Source: Burkholderiales bacterium | GTDB lineage: Bacteria > Pseudomonadota > Gammaproteobacteria > Burkholderiales > Burkholderiaceae_E | Reading direction: 5' to 3' | DNA: 36,496 nucleotides | Assembly (NCBI GenBank): GCA_037137595.1 | Contig: JBAXJZ010000001.1 | Location: 1-36,496 of the forward strand | Position numbers and translations under genes: made by a program | The notes under the pieces: model-generated | The model's database searches: none | The model's input: only the letters and a program-made list of their open reading frames with translations | What the model was told of the DNA's origin: nothing | Shown: positions 22,735-30,733 of the stretch, piece after piece | Position numbering within the stretch: the stretch's first letter is position 1 | Layout: every line of letters starts with the position of its first letter

Positions 22735-25041
22735 TCAGTCGTTGATGGGGTCGCCAGGCAGCACGGGGATGACGTCGCAGACGCAGTTCGGATGCGCCGG
22801 CGGACCGTCGGTGCCGTCGGGGAATTCGGCGTCGAGGGCGATCGGGCCGGCCTCGGCGTTCGCGGCGCAGACGTCGCAGTCGGTCTCGCTGCCGACGATC
22901 CACTTCTTGCCGATGGCGCCGGCCTCGGCGTAGCTGATCAGCGTCCCCTGCACGTCGGCGCGGGCCGCCTCGGTGCGCGCGACCGTCTCGGCGCGCGCGT
23001 CGGAGAAGGCGTAGTTCTCGGACAGGGCCTTCGCGAGCTTGTCGGTCGACCAGCCCTCCTGGATCGCGATCGCGACGTCGCCGCGGATGAACTCCCGCGT
23101 CGACTCGGTGATCGCCCACCGCGCGTTCGGGTTCTCCACGAGCTCGCCGTCGACGACCTTCATGCCGACCATCTCGGCGGCGCGCACCTCGGCCCACTCG
23201 AGCGCGCGGCTGTGCACGAGGTCGAGCCGCGCCTCGTCGTGCTCGATCCCCATGCGCAGAAGGCCCTCGCTCGCGCCCTGCTTGCTGACGACCGAAAGGA
23301 CCTGCTGCAGGTCGGGCGCCAGCTCGGACCACGAGGCGAAGTCGAGGTCGCCGAGGATCTCGCGCAGGCGCTTGCGCTGCGCGGCGGTGAGCGCGTCGCG
23401 CGCGTCCTCGCCCTTCGCTGCGTCGGGCGAGGTGCGGTCGATGGCGGCGGAGACCTGCTCGGCGATCATCGTGGCGGCCCGGCTAAAGAAGCTGTGCAGC
23501 CGCTGCCGCATCGCATCGGCAGCCGGCGAGGTGGCAGCGCGCTCGGCCGAGGTAGGCGCCCGTGCCGACTTTCCCAGGCCGGCCGCGTCCCCCTTGGCCG
23601 CGGAGGGGTCAGCGTCGTCGGTGGCGGCGTCCGCGCCGGCGGCGCCCGGGGCGCCCGGCTTGCCCGGCTGCTCGCCAGGCTGCGGCGGCCCGCCGAGGCC
23701 CGGAGGCGGCGGCGGGTTCAGGTCGGCCTTCTGCTCGTCGGTCAGCGGCTCGCGGCCGAGGTCAGCGCGCACCTCGTCCGGGTGCAGCACCTTCGCGTCG
23801 ACGTAGATCTTGTCGACCTGCGCGCGCTCGAGCGGGCCGATCGCGTCCTCGTCGACCCAGACGAACTCGCAGCCGGCGGCGTCGAGCCGCGTCTCGAGCA
23901 CGTCGTCGAGCAGGGTCTTCACCCACTGCTTCAGCGGCTCGAGACCCTCGGCGCGCGCCTGCTGCCGCGACGTCTCCGCAGTCGCGCGGTTGACCTGCGC
24001 GACGAACGCCGTCGGCTCGATCGAGAAGGCGAAGCACGTGACCCGCGCGAGCCACTCGTCGAACATGTCCTTCAGCGGCGGCTGCTTCGTCTCGATGAAC
24101 TTCACGCCGTCGGGGATGAACCGCAGCTTCCGGCGCATCGCGGCGTCGCCGGCGATCAGCAGGTCCCAGTACTCCTGGAAATCCTTGATCTGCTGCGGGT
24201 TCCACTCCTTCGGCACCGACGCAAGCGCGTCCGGCACCGAGCCCGAGGTGTAGTACTCGAGCGTATGCACCTGGCGGCGCAGCGCGATGTTGACCGTCAC
24301 GATGATCTGCTCGACCGGCGAGAACCCGTAGACGCGGGAGGTCCGCGGGTTGCGCGGGGCGTAGATCAGCTCGTCGCGGGTGTAGTCGACCGCGGGGAGG
24401 CCTTTCAGGACCTGCTGATAGGCCGGATCCGGGGGCATCGGCGTGCGGCCGCGCTGATCGAGGAGCCGCTTGATCGTCGCGCCGTCGACAGGCTCGAGCG
24501 CGTAGAGCTGGCCGCCGAGCGTGAGGCGCGGGTAGATCGTCGGCGCGTCGATCACGAGGAGGTCCTCGACGATCATGCGCAGCCAGCCCGCCCAGGTGTG
24601 CTCGCGGTCGGGCTTGCGGAAGAAGGCCTGCAGCGCCTTGCACTGCGCGTCGCTCGCGCCGGTGCCTCCGTCCTTCTTCGGCTGGATCGTCCACGCGAGC
24701 GCGGCGAGCTGATCCTTCCGCGTCTCGATCACGGTGCGCAGCAGGTCGTAGTTGTCCGCGAGCGCGCGCAGGTCGGCGAAGGACGTGCCCTCCTCGTCGA
24801 CCCGCGGCGTCTGCCGCGTGTTCCAGCCGACGGCAAAGTCGAACTGGCGGCCGGCGACCTCGGGCGGCGCGGCCGCCTCGCGCGGCTGGCCGGGACCGAA
24901 CCAACCCATGTTCGGGTCGCCGCGGCCGGTGATCGCGTAGCGCATACCCGCGACGGCGCGCTGCACGAACGACGGCGCGAGCGGCGTCGCGGAGGCGTCG
25001 CTGCGCTGCGCGCCGGGGATGCGATTGGGGTTCGCCGCCAT
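22735..25041 (-). CDS. Portal protein fused to a Mu F / SPP1 gp7-like head morphogenesis domain
   Basis: ATG 25041 overlaps the upstream stop. The portal-like N-terminal ~480 aa is followed by a Pro/Gly/Ala linker and then a MuF-like end (...TEAARADVQG...HPNCVCDVIPV). Confidence 0.85.
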   Translation of the reverse strand: MAANPNRIPGAQRSDASATPLAPSFVQRAVAGMRYAITGRGDPNMGWFGPGQPREAAAPPEVAGRQFDFAVGWNTRQTPRVDEEGTSFADLRALADNYDLLRTVIETRKDQLAALAWTIQPKKDGGTGASDAQCKALQAFFRKPDREHTWAGWLRMIVEDLLVIDAPTIYPRLTLGGQLYALEPVDGATIKRLLDQRGRTPMPPDPAYQQVLKGLPAVDYTRDELIYAPRNPRTSRVYGFSPVEQIIVTVNIALRRQVHTLEYYTSGSVPDALASVPKEWNPQQIKDFQEYWDLLIAGDAAMRRKLRFIPDGVKFIETKQPPLKDMFDEWLARVTCFAFSIEPTAFVAQVNRATAETSRQQARAEGLEPLKQWVKTLLDDVLETRLDAAGCEFVWVDEDAIGPLERAQVDKIYVDAKVLHPDEVRADLGREPLTDEQKADLNPPPPPGLGGPPQPGEQPGKPGAPGAAGADAATDDADPSAAKGDAAGLGKSARAPTSAERAATSPAADAMRQRLHSFFSRAATMIAEQVSAAIDRTSPDAAKGEDARDALTAAQRKRLREILGDLDFASWSELAPDLQQVLSVVSKQGASEGLLRMGIEHDEARLDLVHSRALEWAEVRAAEMVGMKVVDGELVENPNARWAITESTREFIRGDVAIAIQEGWSTDKLAKALSENYAFSDARAETVARTEAARADVQGTLISYAEAGAIGKKWIVGSETDCDVCAANAEAGPIALDAEFPDGTDGPPAHPNCVCDVIPVLPGDPIND

Positions 25042-25475
25042 CAGGGCACCACCGTCCCGCCGTTGTTGACGATCGTGTTCGCGGGGGTGAAGCCCTGCAG
25101 GTAGAGGGTCGTCCCGCTGTTCAGCGTCACCGTCCCGGTGCCGAGCGCCGTGGCCGAACCGACGCGCACCGCACCGCCGTTGATCGTCAGGCCGCCGGAC
25201 CAGCCGGTATTCCCGGCGTTGCTGATCGTGATCTCGCCCGCGTTGACCTTCGTAAGCAGGCCCGTGCCGGTGAGCACGCCGGCGAGCGTGCCGGTGCCGC
25301 CGCTGTAGACCTGGACCTGAGAGCCGGCCGAGAGCGTGCGCGGCGAGGTGTCGGTGATCGCGTTCGGGAACGACCACGTCGCGAACCCGTCGAACAGCGA
25401 CCAGAGGCGCGAGATCTTCCCCTGGCGACGCGCGGTCGCGAGGAGCGTGATCCCGAGCCCGAAGAATCCCGACAT
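25041..25475 (-). CDS. Small protein with hydrophobic N-terminus and autotransporter-associated beta-strand (PATR-like) repeats; possible head-spike fibre
   Basis: GTGTLAGVLTGTGLLTKVNAGEITISNAGNTGWSGGLTINGGAVRVGSATALGTGTVTLNSGTTLYLQG resembles the PATR repeat pattern G.GTL.L.G.NTYTG.T.I..GTL. Confidence 0.65.
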   Translation of the reverse strand: MSGFFGLGITLLATARRQGKISRLWSLFDGFATWSFPNAITDTSPRTLSAGSQVQVYSGGTGTLAGVLTGTGLLTKVNAGEITISNAGNTGWSGGLTINGGAVRVGSATALGTGTVTLNSGTTLYLQGFTPANTIVNNGGTVVP

Positions 25476-25482
25476 CGCGCGC

Positions 25483-25767
25483 TCAGTCGATCAGCACGAA
25501 GCCGCTCGCGGTCGTGCCGGACGCGAGGATCTTCTTGAACCGCCCCGGCAGCACCGAGCCGCCCGGGACGTTCGGGATCAGCGTCGTGCGGTCGAAGTAG
25601 TCGACGACGGTCATGTCGCCGGCGTTGCCGACGTACACCGCGCGCGGGATGAACGGGAGGTCCGCGTTGTCGTCCTTCGTGACCGCCTGCCACCGCAGCC
25701 CGGGGTCGCCGAGCAGCGGGGTGTAGTTGTCGAACTTGTCGGGGACCTTGCGGCCGGGGACGGGCAT
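25483..25767 (-). CDS. Spike-base-like protein (resembles the RcGTA rcc01079 family)
   Basis: The pattern DDNADLPFIPRAVYVGNAGDMTVV......IPNVPGGSVLPGRFKKILASGTTASGFVLI matches my recollection of that family. No search was run. Confidence 0.6.
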   Translation of the reverse strand: MPVPGRKVPDKFDNYTPLLGDPGLRWQAVTKDDNADLPFIPRAVYVGNAGDMTVVDYFDRTTLIPNVPGGSVLPGRFKKILASGTTASGFVLID

Positions 25768-25780
25768 GGTGGGCGGTCCT

Positions 25781-27427
25781 TCAGTGGGTGGCGCGCATGG
25801 CGGCCATGAGGGCTTCGGGCCCGTGCACGACGGGCGTCTCGACGGCGAGCTCGCGATCGGGCGAGGTGGCGGCCTGCTTCTTCGCCTCGGCCTGCGCGCG
25901 GTAGTAGCCGAGGAGGCCGTCGACGCCGAGCGTCAGCTCGTTGAAGGCGCGCGAGGCGCCGTCGACCTGGTCGTCGTGCGTGCCGTTCGGGAAGGCGCGC
26001 AGCTCGGCGACAAAAGCGTCGTTCCACGCGCCTCGCACGAGCACGACGTTCCCGACGTTCACCTGGGAGGCGAAGGCCTCGGCGCGCGTGGCCTTGTCGC
26101 CGGTCTCGGGCGAGGTGCTGACGATGTGCCCGGCCAGCATCCGGACGAAGTGCTGGGCCTGCTGCTTGCCGGCCTGGCCCGGGTCCTGCGGGAGCGACTG
26201 CTTCGCGTGCTTGCCGTCGCGCGCGGCCGCGTTGCGGATCGCCGCGTCGCGCTCGTCCGGCGCGCGGCGGAGCCGCTCGACGTCGGCCACGACGAAGCGG
26301 CCGTCGGGCATCGCGCCGATCTTCACGCCCGCGGTCCAGTCGCCGTCGTCGGTGGTCGCGGCGAGGTCCCAGCCGCGGCACCAGTCGGTGACGCCAGCCG
26401 GCACCGCGTCGACGACCTGCATCTGGTCGGGCTTGAAGAAGTCGCCGGCGAGCGGCGCGGGCCGCTGCTGGTACAGCGCGGACCACGTGCGGGGGTTGTT
26501 CTTGAACTGGGCCCAGTGCTTCGCGTCGAACCACTGCGGCCACAGGTACTCGCCCCGCGCGCGGCCGAGCGGATCGCTGTCGGTCTCGCAGCACGCCTGC
26601 AGGCAGAGGACGCGCCAGGTGTTCCCGTCGCGGCACTTGATCATGCCGCTCTCGCCGTTCCAGCCCTCGGGGAGGATGCGACCGGCGGGGTCGTCCTCGT
26701 GCCAGCGCGTCTGGATCAGGATGATCACGCCGCCCGGGATGAGGCGGGTCTTCAGGTCGTCCTCGTAGGCCGACCACGTCTTCTCGCGGATGGTCTCCGA
26801 GTTCGCCTGCTCGCGGCCCTTGATCGGGTCGTCGAGGATGATGACGTGCGCGCGGTTGCCGGTGACCCCGGACAGGATCCCGCACGCCATGTACTCGGAG
26901 CCGTTCGAGAGCGCGAACTGGTCGGCGGCCGACGAGTCGGACGCGAGGTGGCAGCCCCAGATCCCACGGTACCGGCGCTGCCGCACGATGCTGCGCACGC
27001 GCCGGCCCATCTTCCGCGCGAGGTCGTCGCCGTAGCTGGCGAGGATCACGCGGCGGTTCGGGTGCCGCGCCAGGTAGGCCGATGGCCAGACGACCGAGGC
27101 GTAGCTCGACTTCGCGCTGCCGGGCGGCGCGAAGATCATCAGGCGGCCGTGCGGGGTGGCCGCCGTCTCGTCCATCGCGCGCAGGATCAGGCGGTGGTGA
27201 TCCGCCATCGACGACTCGACGGGCTTGAAGAACTCGGTGTCCGGGTCGTCGATGACCGGGGCGCCGGGGATCTCGATCGCCTGGGCGTAGGACACGATGT
27301 CAGCCGCCGCCTGCTCGCGGATCGCCAGCTCGATCGCCGCCGCTTCCTCCTCCGGCGTCAGGTCCGGCAGCTCGGCGAGCGAGAGCGCGGGCGACGACGG
27401 CGCGAAGGACATCGGTCGGGAGGTCAT
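25781..27427 (-). CDS. terL: Terminase large subunit
   Basis: Walker A-like FAPPGSAKSS, ILDDP, and nuclease-domain motifs. ATG 27427 (alternative 27412). High GC3 from 27427 downstream. Confidence 0.9.
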   Translation of the reverse strand: MTSRPMSFAPSSPALSLAELPDLTPEEEAAAIELAIREQAAADIVSYAQAIEIPGAPVIDDPDTEFFKPVESSMADHHRLILRAMDETAATPHGRLMIFAPPGSAKSSYASVVWPSAYLARHPNRRVILASYGDDLARKMGRRVRSIVRQRRYRGIWGCHLASDSSAADQFALSNGSEYMACGILSGVTGNRAHVIILDDPIKGREQANSETIREKTWSAYEDDLKTRLIPGGVIILIQTRWHEDDPAGRILPEGWNGESGMIKCRDGNTWRVLCLQACCETDSDPLGRARGEYLWPQWFDAKHWAQFKNNPRTWSALYQQRPAPLAGDFFKPDQMQVVDAVPAGVTDWCRGWDLAATTDDGDWTAGVKIGAMPDGRFVVADVERLRRAPDERDAAIRNAAARDGKHAKQSLPQDPGQAGKQQAQHFVRMLAGHIVSTSPETGDKATRAEAFASQVNVGNVVLVRGAWNDAFVAELRAFPNGTHDDQVDGASRAFNELTLGVDGLLGYYRAQAEAKKQAATSPDRELAVETPVVHGPEALMAAMRATH

Positions 27428-27797
27428 GGACGTTCCGGGTTTCGATGGGCTGGCCGTTGCGGCCCGAGTGCTCGTGCGAGACGCGGTCGCCGTACTTCTC
27501 GGGTGACCACTTCGCGAGGAGCTGCAGGCGCGTCCAGACGCGGAGCCGGTCGCGCTGCGGGTCGCCGCCGCGCCGGTCGGCGATGTCGATGCAGCCCTCG
27601 GCGATCGCGTCGTAGCCGACGTCGCGGGCCTCATCCATGGCCAGGCGGAACTCGGGGTGCGCCTTGCGCCAGTGGTAGACCGTGCGCCAGGCCGGCATCC
27701 CGGCTGGCTTGCAGACCTTCGTGAGCGGCGTTCCGTCGGCGAGCTGCTCGCAGATCTTCGCGGCGATCTCGTCGGTGTAGGTGGTCGGCCGGCCCAT
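27300..27797 (-). CDS. terS: Terminase small subunit
   Basis: MGRPTTYTDEIAAKICEQLADGTPLTKVCKPAGMPAWRTVYHWRKAHPEFRLAMDEAR is a common TerS N-terminal HTH pattern. The last ~40 codons overlap terL out of frame. Confidence 0.8.
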   Translation of the reverse strand: MGRPTTYTDEIAAKICEQLADGTPLTKVCKPAGMPAWRTVYHWRKAHPEFRLAMDEARDVGYDAIAEGCIDIADRRGGDPQRDRLRVWTRLQLLAKWSPEKYGDRVSHEHSGRNGQPIETRNVHDLPTDVLRAVVARALARRAAGPDAGGGSGGDRAGDPRAGGG

Positions 27798-27828
27798 GGC
27801 GCTCGAAGAAGAACCCCAGCCAGAGCCG

Positions 27829-27846
27829 GGGGAAGCCTGATTCCCC
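27829..27846 (-). promoter_or_regulatory. Short hairpin GGGGAA/TTCCCC upstream of terS
   Basis: 6-bp stem with a 6-nt loop in the non-coding gap 27798..27962. Confidence 0.25.
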
Positions 27847-27901
27847 GCGCCAGGGAGGACGCTGAGGACAGGAGGAGACGCGGTGCGGGCCGCAGAAACG
27901 G

Positions 27902-27938
27902 CGAAGCCGGCAGACCGCGGGACGGACTACCGGCTTCG
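27902..27938 (-). terminator. Hairpin between the early genes and terS (weak terminator candidate)
   Basis: 9-bp stem CGAAGCCGG/CCGGCTTCG with a 19-nt loop. The minus strand continues CCGTTTCTGCGG (only three Ts). Confidence 0.3.
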
Positions 27939-27962
27939 GGTGAGCGGCCTGCTCGGGGCGGA

Positions 27963-28199
27963 CTATGCGTCGGGTCGGGGGCCGGAATCCCGGCCGACTG
28001 CGGGGGGCACGCGCTCCGCGTGGAGCTTCAGGAGGATCACGCCGACCGAGAACCGGGGCTCGGCCCCCAGGACGAGCCAGCCGTGCACCGCGCCGCGCGA
28101 GGTGTCGGTGGCGGCGACGATGTCCTCGACGGTCATGCCCGCGCGCCGCAACGCGAGGATCAGGGCCGGCCAGTCGACGCGGGTCGGCGCGTCGGTCAC
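27963..28199 (-). CDS. Hypothetical small protein, possible HTH regulator
   Basis: GTG overlaps the upstream stop (GTGA). The segment is WPALILALRRAGMTVEDIVAATDTSRGAVHGWL. Confidence 0.5.
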   Translation of the reverse strand: MTDAPTRVDWPALILALRRAGMTVEDIVAATDTSRGAVHGWLVLGAEPRFSVGVILLKLHAERVPPAVGRDSGPRPDA

Positions 28200-28357
28200 G
28201 GAGCCACCTGCCACAGCCACTGGACGACGCCGAGCATGAACAGCACGAAGCCGCCGATCTGGCCGAAGCCGGACATCAGCCATGCGAGCGAGTAGCGCGG
28301 GAAGATCAGCGCGCCGAACGTGGCGACGAGCATCACGAGCACCCCGGCGCCGGTCAT
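28196..28357 (-). CDS. Small two-TM membrane protein (53 aa)
   Basis: Reads MTGAGVLVMLVATFGALIF...FGQIGGFVLFMLGVVQWLW. ATGA overlap with the upstream gene. Confidence 0.5.
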   Translation of the reverse strand: MTGAGVLVMLVATFGALIFPRYSLAWLMSGFGQIGGFVLFMLGVVQWLWQVAP

Positions 28358-28638
28358 CGCCAGAACTCCCGCCACCAAGAACGCACCTTGCGCGGCGGGT
28401 CGACGCGCACGACCGTCCCCGCGCGCGGCTTCAGCGGCCCCGGCTCGTCCACCCCCTGCGCGCGCCGCCACTGCAGGTCGCGCAGCTCGGCCACGGAGGC
28501 GGCGAAGCGCCGGCCGCGCAGCTCGTGCCGCGCGACGTGCGACGCGGCGTCGGTGCCGCCGCTGCGCCACCGGTCGGCGAGCTTGCGCTCGCGGATCTCC
28601 TCGCGCTCGAGGAACGCGATCAGCTCGGTCACGTTCAT
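28354..28638 (-). CDS. Hypothetical protein
   Basis: ATG 28638 is preceded by GAGGAGGG. 94 aa. Confidence 0.6.
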   Translation of the reverse strand: MNVTELIAFLEREEIRERKLADRWRSGGTDAASHVARHELRGRRFAASVAELRDLQWRRAQGVDEPGPLKPRAGTVVRVDPPRKVRSWWREFWR

Positions 28639-28642
28639 CAGG

Positions 28643-28951
28643 TCAGCCCTCCTCATCGCTGCGCGCACCCAGCACGACCAGCCTGCCGACCGGGATCATC
28701 GCGAGGATTTCGTCGAACGTCGGCGGCTCGACTAGGCCCGCCATCTCGTCTCGCAGCCGCTCCGGATCCGCGAACTCGTGAGACCAGACGGGCCGACCGA
28801 GAACCGATTCGACCGCTCGGTGAAACTCTTCGAAGGGAACGCACAGCAATCGCTGGCGAAGCTGAAACGCTGCAAGCTGTGCGGCGGGCATGTCGCGCCA
28901 CGCCTCGCTCTCGTGGAAGGCGATGGCCTGCTCGCGGGTGAGCTGCTGCAT
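28643..28951 (-). CDS. Conserved-looking phage early protein, unknown function
   Basis: 102 aa. The motif LCVPFEEFHRAVESVLGRPVWSHEFA looks like a recurrent prophage family whose name I cannot recall. Confidence 0.65.
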   Translation of the reverse strand: MQQLTREQAIAFHESEAWRDMPAAQLAAFQLRQRLLCVPFEEFHRAVESVLGRPVWSHEFADPERLRDEMAGLVEPPTFDEILAMIPVGRLVVLGARSDEEG

Positions 28952-29178
28952 CACGCGCCCCTCGCTTCGATCGACTGCAGCGTGCCGAGGATCGCGTCGA
29001 CGCACCGGATCTCGGCGCGCACGCGGTCGGCCTTGCGCCGAGCCTTCCGCCCTGCGAGCGCGGGGTCGGTCTGGGCCAGCGCGACGCGCTCGTTTGCCTC
29101 GGCCGCGTGCTGCTCGGCGCGGCAGGCGAGCACCTCGCGGCGGCGCTCCATGTAGGCGATCTGCTCGGCGAGCGTCAT
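28951..29178 (-). CDS. Small coiled-coil protein
   Basis: 75 aa and helical. Its stop overlaps the next ATG by 1 nt. Confidence 0.55.
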   Translation of the reverse strand: MTLAEQIAYMERRREVLACRAEQHAAEANERVALAQTDPALAGRKARRKADRVRAEIRCVDAILGTLQSIEARGA

Positions 29179-29182
29179 GACG

Positions 29183-29581
29183 TCACACCTTGTGCGTGCC
29201 TTCGACGCCGCGCGCCATCCGCTCGCGCGTGCGCTCCAGCAACGCGGACTGTGCGGTCTGCAGGGAGTGCAGCGCGATCGCGTTGTGCGCGTTGGCAAAC
29301 GGCCCGCGCTGGAACGCCTCCAGCCGGTCGATGAGGATCGCGATCAGCGCCTCGTGGGTCACGCCGTTGACGCCGACCTCGGCGATCGGGCCGTTCTGGA
29401 ACAGCACCTCGATCACGTTGCTCGCGACGTCCCCTTGGTACGGGTCGCTCGGGTTCGTGCTGGTGTCGAAACCGCCGATCAGGTAGCGGTGATTCGCGCC
29501 GCCCGAGCCGGGCTCGTCCGTCACGGTGATCCGGAGGATGTCGTTCGCCGGGTTGACCCGGTGGCTGGTGATCTCGCGCAT
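29183..29581 (-). CDS. Conserved phage early protein (FQNGP...NGVTHEALIAILIDRL..FQ.GPF...RGVEGT motif), unknown function
   Basis: GAAGGAG SD lies 6 nt before ATG 29581. An alternative ATG at 29608 overlaps the rusA stop. I recognise the motif set as recurrent in phages but cannot name the family. Confidence 0.7.
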   Translation of the reverse strand: MREITSHRVNPANDILRITVTDEPGSGGANHRYLIGGFDTSTNPSDPYQGDVASNVIEVLFQNGPIAEVGVNGVTHEALIAILIDRLEAFQRGPFANAHNAIALHSLQTAQSALLERTRERMARGVEGTHKV

Positions 29582-29604
29582 CGTTGCTCCTTCGGTGGTG
29601 GTGG

Positions 29605-30030
29605 TCATGCAGCGTCGGCGAGCAGGTCCGCCTGCTGCGCCTGCAGCGGGCGCACGCGGATCTCGGTGCGCGGGTTGCGGCGGTCGATCCCGTGCTCGAC
29701 GACCTTGCGCCGCACCTGGCGGTCGTTCCGGTAGACCCCGGCCTGCACGAGCTGGCGCTCGTCGCCGCGGCCGCTCCATCGGTCCTGCAGAACGTCGAGC
29801 ACGACCGACTCGTCGAGGTCGGGCCGCTCGCTCGCGTACCAGATCCGCAGCGTCACCTCGACCGGGCCCTCGAGGCGCACGCGCGCCGCCGGCGGGATCT
29901 GCCGCAGCGCGTCGCGCTCGTAGTCGCGGGCCTTCTGCGACTTGATCAGTGCCGCCTTGCCGCCGATCGTGACGATCTTCCGCTGGTTCGCCTTCGAGGC
30001 CGGCTCGCCCAGGATCACGAACTCGATCAT
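29605..30030 (-). CDS. rusA: RusA-family Holliday junction resolvase
   Basis: Reads ILGEPASKANQRK...; it has the PDLDESVVLDVLQ acidic motif and YRNDRQV. 141 aa. Confidence 0.85.
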   Translation of the reverse strand: MIEFVILGEPASKANQRKIVTIGGKAALIKSQKARDYERDALRQIPPAARVRLEGPVEVTLRIWYASERPDLDESVVLDVLQDRWSGRGDERQLVQAGVYRNDRQVRRKVVEHGIDRRNPRTEIRVRPLQAQQADLLADAA

Positions 30031-30257
30031 CGGGTCGCCCTCCGCCAGTACGCGCCGCCGCAGACCTCGTCGCGCGCGATCCCTGCCGAAACCTCGTCGC
30101 GCCGGAAGGCCTTCACGACCGCATCCGCGCAGCAGTGCTCGTGCCGCACGCCGGCGGGCGAGGTGAACTCGGCGCGGTGCGCGCAGGTCTCGCAGGTGTC
30201 GCGGCCGCGCAGGTCGGTGTGCGGGCCGACCGCGAAGGCTTCGAGGCCGCGGGTCAT
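30027..30257 (-). CDS. Small Cys-rich protein
   Basis: 76 aa with CETC...HEHCC...C. ATGA overlaps at both ends. Confidence 0.5.
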   Translation of the reverse strand: MTRGLEAFAVGPHTDLRGRDTCETCAHRAEFTSPAGVRHEHCCADAVVKAFRRDEVSAGIARDEVCGGAYWRRATR

Positions 30258-30733
30258 GCCGCGAGGTCCCGCTGCTTCAGCATCGCGACGATCTCGGCGT
30301 CGACGAGGCCGCGGATTCGCTGGCGCCAGAGCTTCGGCGAGCTGCGCTCGTCGGCGTCGACCTTCAGCCCCTCGCCGTGGTGACCGTAGCCCTCGTGCTC
30401 GAGCGTCACCTTCCGCGGCGCCCAGTCGGGCAGGCCTACCGCGGCGAGGCGTCGGCCGACGAGCTCGAGCTGGTACGGCGTTGCGCCGTCGTGGATCCGC
30501 AGCGCCTCGACGACGGCCGGCCGGTTGCGCAGCCAGGTCGAGACCCGTGGCGCGTGCGCGTTCCCGAGGCCGAAGTGCAGGAAGCACGAGCCGCTGATCG
30601 CGCCCGGGAGCGGGCACCCGCCGGCTGCACATGCCCAGGACGGGCGCGCGCCGTCGAGCGGCTCGCCGGTGCCGGCGCTGCGCGCCTGGGCGGCGCGCTC
30701 GGCCGCGGCTGCGGCGAGGTCGCCGGCGTTCAC
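30254..30733 (-). CDS. Hypothetical protein
   Basis: GTG 30733 overlaps the upstream stop (GTGA). The ORF-track ATG at 30769 is the alternative. Confidence 0.55.
   Translation of the reverse strand: MNAGDLAAAAAERAAQARSAGTGEPLDGARPSWACAAGGCPLPGAISGSCFLHFGLGNAHAPRVSTWLRNRPAVVEALRIHDGATPYQLELVGRRLAAVGLPDWAPRKVTLEHEGYGHHGEGLKVDADERSSPKLWRQRIRGLVDAEIVAMLKQRDLAA

Noticed and set aside
22474-25104. 876-aa plus-strand ORF opposite the portal. Similar long antisense ORFs are 25727..27724, 14366..16618, 3399..5102, 508..2190, 16722..17882, 19717..21267 and 7479..9035.
   Set aside because: All have an Arg/Gly/Ala/Pro-rich composition typical of antisense frames in high-GC DNA. Each overlaps a gene with clear family motifs on the other strand.
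25042-25377. N-terminal extension of the portal ORF in the track (start at 25377). Similar extensions occur for terL (27634), the endolysin (5108), the tape-measure-adjacent ORFs and others.
   Set aside because: The extensions are His/Arg-rich junk that overlaps the upstream gene. Internal ATG or GTG codons coincide exactly with the upstream stop codons or follow good SD sequences.
29183-29581. Considered calling this protein an Acb2-type anti-CBASS sponge
   Set aside because: On reflection, the Acb2 family as I recall it is a short helical-hairpin protein with a different motif pattern. I cannot tie the RGVEGT-motif family to a named function without a search, so it is left as unknown.
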